32,129 bases of DNA from a virus (taxonomy: Duplodnaviria; Caudoviricetes): positions 1 to 32,129 of IMG/VR virus record IMGVR_UViG_3300008007_000006. The stretch is one strand, 5' to 3'. Below the pieces are notes generated by a model. It was not told where the DNA came from and made no database searches. It worked only from the letters and a program-made list of their open reading frames with translations. Below are positions 8,144 to 18,033 of the stretch, in pieces. Both the position numbers and the translations under genes were made by a program. Each line of letters begins with the position of its first letter. Positions within the stretch are counted from its first letter, which is position 1.

Positions 8144-11100
8144 TTAGCTTGAAGTTGTAACAGTAAATTTGTTTTTACTTACTTCAGCATTTGTAAATGG
8201 TGCTGACCAAGAAGTAAACAATACTCTATAGTTATAGGTACCAGAACTTGGATTATCTACAAAAGGCTTAATAACATCAGTACTGTTTCTTACTGTACAT
8301 ATTCCCGGACTTAATGATGGATCACTTTCAGGAATCCATACAACACTACCACCCCCGCTTACCGTAGCCGTGGCAACAGTAGACCAAGAACCTGATGGTG
8401 CTATTCTTCTTTGTAATGATATTGTTCCGTTAATATTTCCGGGACCCGAACATGATGATTGAGGAGTTTGTATATTTTGATCCAAAGCTTCAAATTCGAA
8501 GTTACATTGTAACGATATACCACCAGAGCCAACTTCAATGTTAGAAGATGTTGCAGTCAAAGAGTTTGTTGTAGAACCACCGGTGGCAGTGTTTGTGGCA
8601 GAAAAAGAATCTACAGTAGTACCACCAGTGGGAATACCGAACGTTTCTGTATCTATAGAAGCAGTTCCATCTCTCTTAACCCAAAATATGCCATTTGCAT
8701 CATTAAGTGTATTACCATTACCCGCCCATATCAAATAATCAGGATGGTTGGCTAATATTCTAACATTAGTTAAAGTAGTATTTCCTACAATTACGCTACC
8801 TCTTGCTGTAATCTCGTTAAATTCAGCAGAACCCGTGTTTCTTTCTATCTTCCATCCTGTAGAACCTGCTACATAATTATCTGATTGAATGGTGTTACTA
8901 AACTTAGCACTTGTTATTGCAGCATTTTGGATATTAGCAGTTGCTATAGAAGCTTCTTGCATAGCGGCATTGTTAATAACTGCCGTACCTATGTTCGCTG
9001 AAGTTGTTATAATTTCATTAGCCCCTATCAAAGGAGAGGTAATACTTCCATCTTGAATTTCTGTTTCTGTTATTGTATTCGCTAATATGTTTCTTGGTGT
9101 AACAGAAGAAGAAGTTACCCAAACAGAAGTGTTTCCGGATGTATCAACAGCACGTATTCTATATTGATAAGTAACACCAACAACTACTTGATTATCAAAG
9201 AAGAAACTACTTGTTCCAGCTTGTGTATAGAACACGTTGTATGAACCTATTCCTACTCTTCTTTTTATCTCAAATTCTTTTAAATCAGAATCGCTGGGCC
9301 TGTTCCATGTAAGATAAACAGATTCGTATCCTGCTATTGCATTAAATGCAGTAACTGCCGAAGGTGCTCCGGTGTCTTGTGTTGTTGTATGACGTACTAT
9401 GTTTGTCCATTCCCCGATAACAGAACCAATTCTAGCTCTAACCCTAACAGTATATTGTGTTGAAGGAAGGGCTTCCATAGAATATTGAACAATGTTACCA
9501 GTATCTGGTTGACTCACCGTAGGCAAAGAAACGTTATTAGTAGATGTTTCTACAATCCATAGATCGTATTGATTTGCTCCGGTAACTTTATTCCATTGTA
9601 TGTTAAGACGTACCCTTTCCTGACCATTAGGAAGCTGCTCTAACGAAGAACTGACTACTAGACCAAGAACATTATCTGGATCAGGTTCAGGATCGGGTAC
9701 AGACAGTTCAGGAAGGGTTGTTACTTGTCCAGTAACATAGTTCAATCCGAATTTAGAATAAGAATCGTAAGCCGCAATTGCGTAGGTGTAAGTAGTATCA
9801 GCTACACCCTCAATTTTGTGAATTGTTCCTCTATCATCTTTTTGAAGGTTGTTTATTTTAGGAACAATAGGATCAGTTCCCACTATATGGTGAATGAAAA
9901 CACCCTCTGCATTTTCTTCTTCAAGGTAGGCATCGTGAGTTATTTTGTAATCTTCAAAAATGGGTACTGCTGTTACATTTGTCAATGCAGATGGTGGATC
10001 ATTTGTAAATCCAGTTATTCCTGTACTTGTACTCAATTGGAAAGAGTTGTCCCTAGCAAAAACTGCAAATCTTGGGGTTCTTGGTTTACCATCGAAAGGT
10101 ACGTTGTTCTGTTCAAAATAAAAACGTGCAATATCACCATCGTTAAAAGATACAAAGTTATCTTCTACTGTTAAAGTAGCTATAGTATCATCTGTGGTAA
10201 TATCTATTACATTTACAATGTAATCACGTAGCTGATCAGATTCTGTTCCGGCGACTGGGTCCCACGTTAAGTTTAAAACAGTGCCTTGCCATTTGTCATC
10301 ATCCATAGTAGAACCAGATGGATGGTCTACTCTAAAGTTTTGTGGTGCCAACAAACTAGAGTCTCCGGGCACTCCTACAATGAAAGAGGCTATTATAAAC
10401 CCATCCAGAGGTGCAGATTGTGTACCAAAGACATTGTATGCGTATATAGAATAATCATACACACCTTCATCAACATCGTTTATGACAAATCTAGACTGAG
10501 AAAGGTTGTTAGACCAAAAATATTGATCACCGTTTCTTCTGTATTTTATTCTGTAATAGGCAAGACTTGGGTTTGTAACATCAGACCAGTCAATGGTTAA
10601 ACGTAATTTGGTTTCACCATTAGCACCGGTATAAGATTCAAGAACAGAATTATCTCCGGTCGGAGCTTCAATATCATTTGAACCGAATGTTTGGAACGGA
10701 GAATCGTTGTCCAACTCAACTCCAGTTTCTACAGAAATGAACTTGTTTTCATTGTAATTTGCAGCAACAATCTCATATTCTCCAACACCATCTTCTTTGA
10801 TAGAAATAATTTGGAAAGGTCTAGGAACAACTAGACCTGTTATAACGTATGGTGTGTTTACCAAAGTACTTAAGTCAACACCATTTTCAAGTGTCAATTG
10901 ATTATCGGTAACACTTATAACGTTTCTTGTAACCTCGGTTCCGTCTGGGAGAATATACCTTACCACGTTGGAAGTAGAAAGGTCTTCAGAAGGATCAACG
11001 TTTACTACAAGAACGTTACCACTGGATTCTGCTGTAATAACTCCACCAACTATGGTATTAGCGAAAAAGTTGTCTGCAATCTCTATAACGTCACCAACTT

Positions 11101-12604
11101 CCAAGAATGCATTAGAGAAAGAAACTTTAAAGGTTGCAATTTCTGAGTTTTCCAAACCACTCAGTAGAATCCATCTTGCCAATCTTCTAGCTTGAGATTC
11201 TGTCGTAACTCCCACGGCGTTTACGCTTTTTTTGTTATATCCAAAAGCGTTAATTCTTGCTGAAGTTGTTTCTTCTATGATGGTTCTTGGTAAAAATTGC
11301 TCCTTACTATCATTAAAGGTAACTTCAACGGCAGTGGCCCTAGAAGACATTTCTGTTCCAGAGTATTCAAACTTACCGTCTATGACATTAGAATGAGTTA
11401 AAATAGCTTCTACTTCTTTTGGTCTATCTTGTACTATTTTTATCATGCCGTTAGAGTTTATTACCTGCGATCTAAAAGTAGAAGCAAGAGTCTGAATCAT
11501 TTTAAAATTTTCTTCTTGAGTCATCAAAGAGGCATTAAATCTAAATCTGTTTTCAAATCCACCATCACCGTCAGGTACAATTTCAGTGTTATATTGCGAT
11601 GCATCATAAAAACTGTAAATGTCAATGTCAGATATTTTTACAAACTCTCCCATTCCGTATCTTTCGTTAGTCAGAATGTCAAATAAAATCCAAGCAGGAT
11701 CGTCACACCACTCTCTAGCAGCTTTAAACTGCCCGTCCCATGTCCCACTATAAGATGCGTTAGAAATAACGTTACCTTGTTCGTCAAGAACGGTAGGTGT
11801 ATAGTTGCTAGGGACTAACACTTTAATACCTTTAACTATGTAACTTCTACGTGGAACTTGACCGCCCGTAGATTCTGAATCTAGTAATAGACCAACATGC
11901 GCTGCGTCATCATAAGTCATCTTAATATCTTGTAATTCTACTACAGATGAAAATATAATATCATTAGATAAAAAATCACTATTAGAAATATCATCAAGAC
12001 GCAAAACCCTAAGTTCCCATGCAACACCGGGTTGTGGGGATTCTATCCTGTAACCTTCTTGGTATGGCGTACGTGTTACCCCTGTTATAGTTTTAGAAAA
12101 AACATCTTGGAAAGTTCCACCTACAACACGAGTCTGTATCTTAATAGGAATTTGTGCAGCAGATGTATCACCGGTCTCTTGGTCAACCTCAATAAGCTGT
12201 GGTATCGTGACAATAACTCTAGCTGCGTCAGCGGAAGAACTTATAGAACGGGTTACGCCTCCCGGAGGATTTGGTAATTCTTGATTTACTGCAAAACCGC
12301 TTTCTACGTCTGGGAATCCCGGAATGTAATTCTGTCCCGGTTCACCTAATCTTTCTTCGAATGTTATTGCAGAAAAGTTGTAGTCTCCTGACTGGCTCTG
12401 TACAGGTGTATTATCAAAATAAACACCTTTCAAACCACCCTGAACACCAACGATGGGGCCTTCTGATATAGCTTCTACAACGGCAACTGTAGCGTTGCTC
12501 CTAAGACTATTTGGAGCCTGACGAGGTGGACCAGAACGGCCACCTTTTCCTCCACCACCTGAACCTTCAATTGTATAGTTTTTTATTCTATTATGTTTAC
12601 TCAT
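8144..12604 (-). CDS. Central tail fibre / tip attachment protein (lambda gpJ-like) with FN3 repeats
   Basis: GSGGGGKGG N-terminus, EAISEGPIVG, WDGQFK..WCDDPAWILFDILTNERYGMG, NYVAGSTGWKI motifs; FN3-type YQYRIRAVDTSGN. Confidence 0.93.
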   Translation of the reverse strand: MSKHNRIKNYTIEGSGGGGKGGRSGPPRQAPNSLRSNATVAVVEAISEGPIVGVQGGLKGVYFDNTPVQSQSGDYNFSAITFEERLGEPGQNYIPGFPDVESGFAVNQELPNPPGGVTRSISSSADAARVIVTIPQLIEVDQETGDTSAAQIPIKIQTRVVGGTFQDVFSKTITGVTRTPYQEGYRIESPQPGVAWELRVLRLDDISNSDFLSNDIIFSSVVELQDIKMTYDDAAHVGLLLDSESTGGQVPRRSYIVKGIKVLVPSNYTPTVLDEQGNVISNASYSGTWDGQFKAAREWCDDPAWILFDILTNERYGMGEFVKISDIDIYSFYDASQYNTEIVPDGDGGFENRFRFNASLMTQEENFKMIQTLASTFRSQVINSNGMIKIVQDRPKEVEAILTHSNVIDGKFEYSGTEMSSRATAVEVTFNDSKEQFLPRTIIEETTSARINAFGYNKKSVNAVGVTTESQARRLARWILLSGLENSEIATFKVSFSNAFLEVGDVIEIADNFFANTIVGGVITAESSGNVLVVNVDPSEDLSTSNVVRYILPDGTEVTRNVISVTDNQLTLENGVDLSTLVNTPYVITGLVVPRPFQIISIKEDGVGEYEIVAANYNENKFISVETGVELDNDSPFQTFGSNDIEAPTGDNSVLESYTGANGETKLRLTIDWSDVTNPSLAYYRIKYRRNGDQYFWSNNLSQSRFVINDVDEGVYDYSIYAYNVFGTQSAPLDGFIIASFIVGVPGDSSLLAPQNFRVDHPSGSTMDDDKWQGTVLNLTWDPVAGTESDQLRDYIVNVIDITTDDTIATLTVEDNFVSFNDGDIARFYFEQNNVPFDGKPRTPRFAVFARDNSFQLSTSTGITGFTNDPPSALTNVTAVPIFEDYKITHDAYLEEENAEGVFIHHIVGTDPIVPKINNLQKDDRGTIHKIEGVADTTYTYAIAAYDSYSKFGLNYVTGQVTTLPELSVPDPEPDPDNVLGLVVSSSLEQLPNGQERVRLNIQWNKVTGANQYDLWIVETSTNNVSLPTVSQPDTGNIVQYSMEALPSTQYTVRVRARIGSVIGEWTNIVRHTTTQDTGAPSAVTAFNAIAGYESVYLTWNRPSDSDLKEFEIKRRVGIGSYNVFYTQAGTSSFFFDNQVVVGVTYQYRIRAVDTSGNTSVWVTSSSVTPRNILANTITETEIQDGSITSPLIGANEIITTSANIGTAVINNAAMQEASIATANIQNAAITSAKFSNTIQSDNYVAGSTGWKIERNTGSAEFNEITARGSVIVGNTTLTNVRILANHPDYLIWAGNGNTLNDANGIFWVKRDGTASIDTETFGIPTGGTTVDSFSATNTATGGSTTNSLTATSSNIEVGSGGISLQCNFEFEALDQNIQTPQSSCSGPGNINGTISLQRRIAPSGSWSTVATATVSGGGSVVWIPESDPSLSPGICTVRNSTDVIKPFVDNPSSGTYNYRVLFTSWSAPFTNAEVSKNKFTVTTSS

Positions 12605-12616
12605 TTTAATGAATCC

Positions 12617-13330
12617 TTAATATTGTTCATATATCGGGTTAGGACTGATAGGAGGAGCACTACCACCACCGGGACCACCGGGATCTGGGGGAGAATCGTA
12701 TGTAGATAATTGCTCTATAGTTACCCCAGTACTTAAGACTACAGAACCAGTTCGACAGAAACCGTAACACAGAGGAACTGGATGACCCTGTTCTGTAGTA
12801 TTAACGGCTCTACTAAACAAAAAACTAGGTGTTGAATCTGCTTGTTCTCTTATCTGCGGAGAGGAAGGAGGAAATAATCCACCTATCGTAAGACTTATTC
12901 CTGCTCCTATTAATGCACCACCAACAGCAGAACCAACTGCACCAGTCAAAGCTGCAGAACCGAACAAAAATGCTGCACCGCCTCCGGTAAAGACCGTCAA
13001 GGCAATTCCACCTGCAATTAGAGCTATGCCTCCTATAATCTGTCCAACCCTACCAGATCCTTCTACAGAAGGTATAAGGTGAACTTCATTAGAAGAACCC
13101 ATATTCCAATCTAATGTTTGTTCCGTAAGAAAATGGTCACCGTCTTTTTGTTTTATCTTAACAAGCCATTCATTTTCTCTTATATGTCTTTTAATCTTAT
13201 GACCATAATTGGAAATAAGACCAGAAACCAAAGTTCTAATATCGTTACCAGAAATTACAACTGTATCGTTTCCTCCGCACATTTGCTTTAGTTTGCCATA
13301 GAGATGTATTGTTCTTCTTTTATGTTGCAT
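12617..13330 (-). CDS. Tail assembly protein (lambda gpI-like)
   Basis: TIHLYGKL, VHLIPSVEGSG, Gly/Ala hydrophobic stretch, NTTEQGHPVPLCYG. Confidence 0.9.
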   Translation of the reverse strand: MQHKRRTIHLYGKLKQMCGGNDTVVISGNDIRTLVSGLISNYGHKIKRHIRENEWLVKIKQKDGDHFLTEQTLDWNMGSSNEVHLIPSVEGSGRVGQIIGGIALIAGGIALTVFTGGGAAFLFGSAALTGAVGSAVGGALIGAGISLTIGGLFPPSSPQIREQADSTPSFLFSRAVNTTEQGHPVPLCYGFCRTGSVVLSTGVTIEQLSTYDSPPDPGGPGGGSAPPISPNPIYEQY

Positions 13331-14063
13331 GGTTTTTAACTTCCTTGTGTCTTAAAAATTTTGTCATCGAGTTTCTCCATCTTGAAAAACTATATTCTTG
13401 GGATAGTCTTTTATCCATATGCTGTAATATCTTGTTGTCTCCGATATATACAGCACCATGGTTGTTTTCTGTCGAAGAAATGCTTATCAGTATCATGTCA
13501 CCATACCTAAGTTCATCTTCGGAAACCTCAAAAAACCCTGCCGACTGGTAATATTTATCATATAAGTTAACTCCACCATCGTTCCACCACATGTATTCTC
13601 TTGGAACACTCATAAGTTCTATACCAAATTTCTGCCAATAGAAGGATTGTATTATGGTGTAACAATCATAAACTCCATGAATATAAGGTCTACCAATAAG
13701 TGGATGATCATTGTCAGGAAAAACAACAATATCGCTACAATTCTCACCATCACTACTTAATATACCAAATGGTATTTGTAATGAGTCTTGAGTTTGCATG
13801 TCTTTTAAACTTGGTGTTCTTGGGTCAACATTACTTCTGTATTTCAAAGAAAGTTGATTGGAAGTATGTGAATGTATCAAAATATCCGGAATATTTTGGT
13901 TAAATTTGATGGGGTCAATACGAAAATGTTCTACTGGATTTTCATGAATGTTTTCATAATATATTATATTTTGGTTCTTTATACCAAGAACAGCTTCTTC
14001 AGGATATTTCTTTAAGACGTAAGCACAAATATCTTCTTTTAATACATCTAAATTGTATTTCAT
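13320..14063 (-). CDS. Tail tip assembly protein (lambda gpK-like; Mov34/JAB + NlpC/P60)
   Basis: YPEEA, HSHT..PSLKD JAB motif; GRPYIHGVYDCY..NHGAVYIGD..ILQH NlpC motif. Confidence 0.92.
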   Translation of the reverse strand: MKYNLDVLKEDICAYVLKKYPEEAVLGIKNQNIIYYENIHENPVEHFRIDPIKFNQNIPDILIHSHTSNQLSLKYRSNVDPRTPSLKDMQTQDSLQIPFGILSSDGENCSDIVVFPDNDHPLIGRPYIHGVYDCYTIIQSFYWQKFGIELMSVPREYMWWNDGGVNLYDKYYQSAGFFEVSEDELRYGDMILISISSTENNHGAVYIGDNKILQHMDKRLSQEYSFSRWRNSMTKFLRHKEVKNHAT

Positions 14064-14095
14064 CGTACCTTATGTTTATGTGTGTGTTGTAATAA

Positions 14096-14103
14096 TATTT
14101 ATG
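14096..14103 (-). promoter_or_regulatory. Late-promoter-like motif CATAAATA(TTATT) upstream of gpK
   Basis: Minus strand CATAAATATTATTACAACACACACATAAACATAAGG before the ATG. Confidence 0.55.
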
Positions 14104-14121
14104 TAAATATTGATTTTTTAG

Positions 14122-14658
14122 TTAAAAGTTACGTAATCTAGACACACCCGGAGCATAAAGAGACCTTTCACCAAGATCTTCTCTAAGAATTTGTCTTCTG
14201 GGCAGACGCAAACCCGGTCTGTCCATTTTAGATGACAAAAGAAAAGTTATTATACTTTCGTTCATAAGTTGTTTCTGTATTATAACGTAACTTCTAGTAG
14301 GAAAGTGTTGGTTAGGATCAGCATCTACTTCTCCATCTAGAAAATTCTTATAAGTTCTCCATATAGTTACATTAGCACCCACCAAATCGTCATATTGTGC
14401 TACCTGTTGCATTAAAGTTTTATTCACATTGGATACCGTAAGATTTATTCTAGAAGGGGCACTGTTTTTTTCTTCTACAAACCCTTCTGCCAACACCGGG
14501 AATGGTTGATAAATTTTACCTCTCCAAGATGTTGGTTGTCTTATCGTAGAGGACAGATGAAATACTTGACTAGTGCCCAATGGGGTTAGATCAATTTCAT
14601 AACCTTCAAAAATTTCACCAACATAAGTTTGTTTGGACTGTTCTTTTATATCAGACAT
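14122..14658 (-). CDS. Minor tail protein (lambda gpL-like), short cysteine-free form
   Basis: YEIDLT, WRGKIYQPFPV.AEGF, PSRINLTVSNV, DDLVGANVT.WRT..FLDG, LPRRQI. Confidence 0.9.
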   Translation of the reverse strand: MSDIKEQSKQTYVGEIFEGYEIDLTPLGTSQVFHLSSTIRQPTSWRGKIYQPFPVLAEGFVEEKNSAPSRINLTVSNVNKTLMQQVAQYDDLVGANVTIWRTYKNFLDGEVDADPNQHFPTRSYVIIQKQLMNESIITFLLSSKMDRPGLRLPRRQILREDLGERSLYAPGVSRLRNF

Positions 14659-14999
14659 TATGCATATACCTCTCTAATTCTAAAAGAAACAGTGTATCTG
14701 TTTCCAACATTGGATTCGTTTGGGGCAGAATCTATCACAAACGATCTGGCTGTAGATTCATTAGGCGGAGTCCATGTAAAAGCCTGTACATATCCTACAG
14801 TCTCTATGAAAGATATAACTGTGTTTCTATCTACAAGACTTATATTGTCATAAACTATAGACCATTCATCGGTCATATCATTAATACCCCAAACCGCTCT
14901 CTGTTCTGCCCCGTCTCTAAATCTGACAGTGATAGTGTTTTGGTTTATTGTTCTACTTGAGTTTTGTGATATTTTTTCTGGTAATGGTAGTGCGCTCAT
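14658..14999 (-). CDS. Distal tail protein (lambda gpM-like)
   Basis: FRDGAEQR..GIN, AFTWTPP motifs; follows the tape measure gene. Confidence 0.88.
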   Translation of the reverse strand: MSALPLPEKISQNSSRTINQNTITVRFRDGAEQRAVWGINDMTDEWSIVYDNISLVDRNTVISFIETVGYVQAFTWTPPNESTARSFVIDSAPNESNVGNRYTVSFRIREVYA

Positions 15000-15002
15000 T
15001 TA

Positions 15003-17135
15003 TTAAAATCCTCTATTTAAAGAATTACCTGATCTTGTTTCGTTGTATAGTGTTCTTTTTACCGTATTAGTAACTAAGCGATCAATCGCCTTGGCTGTTT
15101 CTTCACCTATAGCTTCCGGTTGATCGGAAGAAGCATTAACTGTAACATTAATGTTTGTCTGAGCCACTATAGAACCAGAACCACCACCAACACTTTTCAC
15201 ACCTAAGTCCCCGTTTGGTGTCCTTGTGAGAGGAAGAATTGCTTCGGGTCCTGCTTCGCCCATGACACCAATCTTATTGTTAGACATTCCAAAGGCCGTG
15301 GTAGCGTTTACCACACCACCCTTGGCAAAGAATTGAGTACCGTCATTCCACGCACCACCCTTGGCTTGTCCACCACCAAAAAGGTTAGCGAAAAAAGATG
15401 CTATAGCGTTTCCAGCACCCTGTGATCCTGAAGATTGTGGATTCAATAGACTTTGTACAACAGAATCTATTCCTGATCGAAGAAGAATTTCAACAACATT
15501 AGCTGCAAACTGTTTAAAGTTAAGTTCTCCTGTACGAAGACCTTCTGCTATTTGATCACCAAGTTCTTGGCCCAATCCAGTAATAAGATTTTCTCTAATA
15601 TCCCTTAACGCTTCAGCCCTTCTTAGAGTCTCTCTGTTGGTGTTTTCTTGCTCTCTCCTGACGTTTACCATTTCTTCGGCTTCTTGTTTTGTAAGTTCTA
15701 TACCAATAGATTTACTTTCGTTTATTAATCGTTGAATTTCTCTCTCATTTTCTAAGAAAGAATTTAATTCTTCTTGAGAACGTATTCTACCAGAAGATAT
15801 TTGTTCGAAGGCCGTTTTCTGTAAATCAATCTCTGTGTTTATTCGTGCGAAAAACTCTTCCTGTCTACTCAGTTCTTCTACATACTTCTTTATATTTTCA
15901 TATGCTTGATCGTTAAGTTCTACAGATCTTTCTAGAGCCTTGTTGTTAGAAATTGTTCTCGCTTCTTGCTCTATCCTAGTATCTGTAATGTTTTGACTAA
16001 CAGTAAGAAATTCTATTTCGTTGGCTGTCTTTTGGTCTGAAATTGTTAAAAGCTCTTGTTCTATAGCAGCCTGTCTCTCACTAAGTTGGGAAATTTCTTT
16101 TCTTCCCTCAATTTGGGCATTTATATTAGATATACCCATATTTCCCGGAATTTCTGCTATCTCGCTTCTTCTGGCCTCCTGCTCTTCCAACTCGTTTAAT
16201 AGTGCCCTCTCTCTGTCTAATATCACAATTCTTTCAGCAGCAAGTTGTAACTGTTTTTCAGATACTTGTTCACCTCTAGACTGTGCCTCTACAAGATCGT
16301 TATACGCTCTTGTTGCACTATCTATTTCTCTTTCTACAAGTTCTATACCAGAAACAGAAGAAATTCTTTCTATGGCGGAAACAATCTTTTCAAATGTTGC
16401 AACTAGAGCTGGACCAAACGACAAAGCAAGTTGTCTACGAACAGCGGCCCAGCCTGCTGTAATCTCGTTTGTGAGTTGATCTAAACGCCTTGCCCTTTCA
16501 ACATCATCTTCTCCAACTATAAATCCGCCTGCTCTAGCTTGTTTTAACTGTTCATTAACTTCAGCCAAAGAACCACCAAGTTTTAGTGCATTAATTTCAG
16601 ACTCACCTATCAATTGTGTTATAGCTCTTGAACGTATAGACGTATCTTCAACATCGTTAATTGCGTTTACAATTTCTTGAAATGCCTGTGCTGGATCGAG
16701 TTGAGACAATCTTTCAACACTAATACCAAGCTTTTCAAATATTTCTGATCCTTCTCCTATCTGTTCTTGCTGTTTTATTATAACTGCTGTAAGATTTTCA
16801 AATTCAAAACCAACTAATTTTGAACGTGCTTCTAAATCTGCCAGTTTATCTACGGCAGCACCAGTAAAGTCAGAAAGATCGTTGATCTGCTGGATATTAG
16901 AAAACTCTTTCCTCACAAAATTTGCTGCGGCAACTGCCGCAGTACCAACAGCAGCCAATCCTATAGCTGCAGTTTTGGCTATTGCAAATACCTTAGACAA
17001 AGAATTTCCTGCACCGGCAGATGATCCTTCAGTTTTGTTAAACTCTGTGTTTGTCTTACTAAGCTCGTTTCTAGCTTCTTTAAGATCAGAAGAGTCAACC
17101 TTGTATTTGATTTTTGTAATAAATTCTGAAGCCAT
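15003..17135 (-). CDS. Tail tape measure protein
   Basis: 710-aa helical/coiled-coil protein with FAKGGVV and GVMGEAGPEAILPLTR C-terminal motif; position. Confidence 0.92.
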   Translation of the reverse strand: MASEFITKIKYKVDSSDLKEARNELSKTNTEFNKTEGSSAGAGNSLSKVFAIAKTAAIGLAAVGTAAVAAANFVRKEFSNIQQINDLSDFTGAAVDKLADLEARSKLVGFEFENLTAVIIKQQEQIGEGSEIFEKLGISVERLSQLDPAQAFQEIVNAINDVEDTSIRSRAITQLIGESEINALKLGGSLAEVNEQLKQARAGGFIVGEDDVERARRLDQLTNEITAGWAAVRRQLALSFGPALVATFEKIVSAIERISSVSGIELVEREIDSATRAYNDLVEAQSRGEQVSEKQLQLAAERIVILDRERALLNELEEQEARRSEIAEIPGNMGISNINAQIEGRKEISQLSERQAAIEQELLTISDQKTANEIEFLTVSQNITDTRIEQEARTISNNKALERSVELNDQAYENIKKYVEELSRQEEFFARINTEIDLQKTAFEQISSGRIRSQEELNSFLENEREIQRLINESKSIGIELTKQEAEEMVNVRREQENTNRETLRRAEALRDIRENLITGLGQELGDQIAEGLRTGELNFKQFAANVVEILLRSGIDSVVQSLLNPQSSGSQGAGNAIASFFANLFGGGQAKGGAWNDGTQFFAKGGVVNATTAFGMSNNKIGVMGEAGPEAILPLTRTPNGDLGVKSVGGGSGSIVAQTNINVTVNASSDQPEAIGEETAKAIDRLVTNTVKRTLYNETRSGNSLNRGF

Positions 17136-17137
17136 TA

Positions 17138-17527
17138 TTAGTTCTCTTTATGTTGTTTGTAACACTTGTAGTAAGTCGCGTCCCATTCTAAAATCTGACG
17201 AACTTCCCATTTATTTATTTGATAGTTCATAAGCTCTTTGTAGCTTCTTATGTCTGTATGATTAATAGGATGTTCCAAAGACTTAGTATTACGTAATTCC
17301 CAAAACGCGTACCAAACGTTTTGCAATATAAATGGTGGGTTAGTCTCCAATTCGGAAAACTCTTTTCTCTTTTGATCTACGATCTTCTTGAAATTTTCAT
17401 CAAGTTTATCATACATCGATTCTAATTTTTTAAAATGGTTGTAGACTGAGGTACTTCCCTCAGTCTTAGCAGCTTTTACCTGTAATTCTATTATTGAAAT
17501 TAGTCTGTCTTTCCATTCAAAAAAAAA
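17138..17527 (-). CDS. Tail assembly chaperone extension (gpT-like), reached by -1 frameshift from the upstream chaperone
   Basis: The -1 frame is open from the T9 run (FEWKDRLISIIELQVK...) into MYDKL...; contains VWYAFWEL..I..TDIRSY. Confidence 0.75.
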   Translation of the reverse strand, partial: FFFEWKDRLISIIELQVKAAKTEGSTSVYNHFKKLESMYDKLDENFKKIVDQKRKEFSELETNPPFILQNVWYAFWELRNTKSLEHPINHTDIRSYKELMNYQINKWEVRQILEWDATYYKCYKQHKEN

Positions 17528-17961
17528 GCACTATCATCCTTCATTTTTTGATAAATGGCCATTTTTATCCAAGAATAGTTGGAATCCATCAACATTTCAA
17601 CCAGTTTTTCTCTATTAAATGGTTCTCCAAACTCTTCTGACCAGTCCTCTACAACTGCCGCAATTTCTCTGGCTTCCCACTTAGTAGTGTTCTTCATAAA
17701 GTCTAACCATTCTTGGTCAGTCATAGATGTAAAATCTTTTACATTATCAGGACCAATCTCTTTTTCAATTTCTTTCTTAAACTGATCCGGAGCTTCACGT
17801 AGTTTTTGAGCATTTATAATTGTCAAACGGTCAACATAGGTCTGACTTGTAGGAGGGATGAGTGTTAATGTAGCACCAGTGTCACCTATAGTAGGATGTA
17901 CTAGTTTCAAAATACAATTAGAAGGTTCTGTAAGATCAAAAAAATTCTTTTTGTTGTTCAT
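17500..17961 (-). CDS. Tail assembly chaperone (gpG-like)
   Basis: Lies between tail tube and TMP; LVHPTIGDTG motif; slippery T9 near the 3' end. Confidence 0.8.
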   Translation of the reverse strand: MNNKKNFFDLTEPSNCILKLVHPTIGDTGATLTLIPPTSQTYVDRLTIINAQKLREAPDQFKKEIEKEIGPDNVKDFTSMTDQEWLDFMKNTTKWEAREIAAVVEDWSEEFGEPFNREKLVEMLMDSNYSWIKMAIYQKMKDDSAFFLNGKTD

Positions 17962-17989
17962 GTGTGTTTTCCTTTTGTGTGTTTGTGTA

Positions 17990-18020
17990 AAGAAGAGAGC
18001 CTTACGGTCTGTAAGGCTCC
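17990..18020 (-). terminator. Weak intrinsic terminator after the major tail gene
   Basis: GAGCCTTAC-AGACC-GTAAGGCTC followed by TCTTCTTT. Confidence 0.65.
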
Positions 18021-18033
18021 CTAAGGGTTTTTA

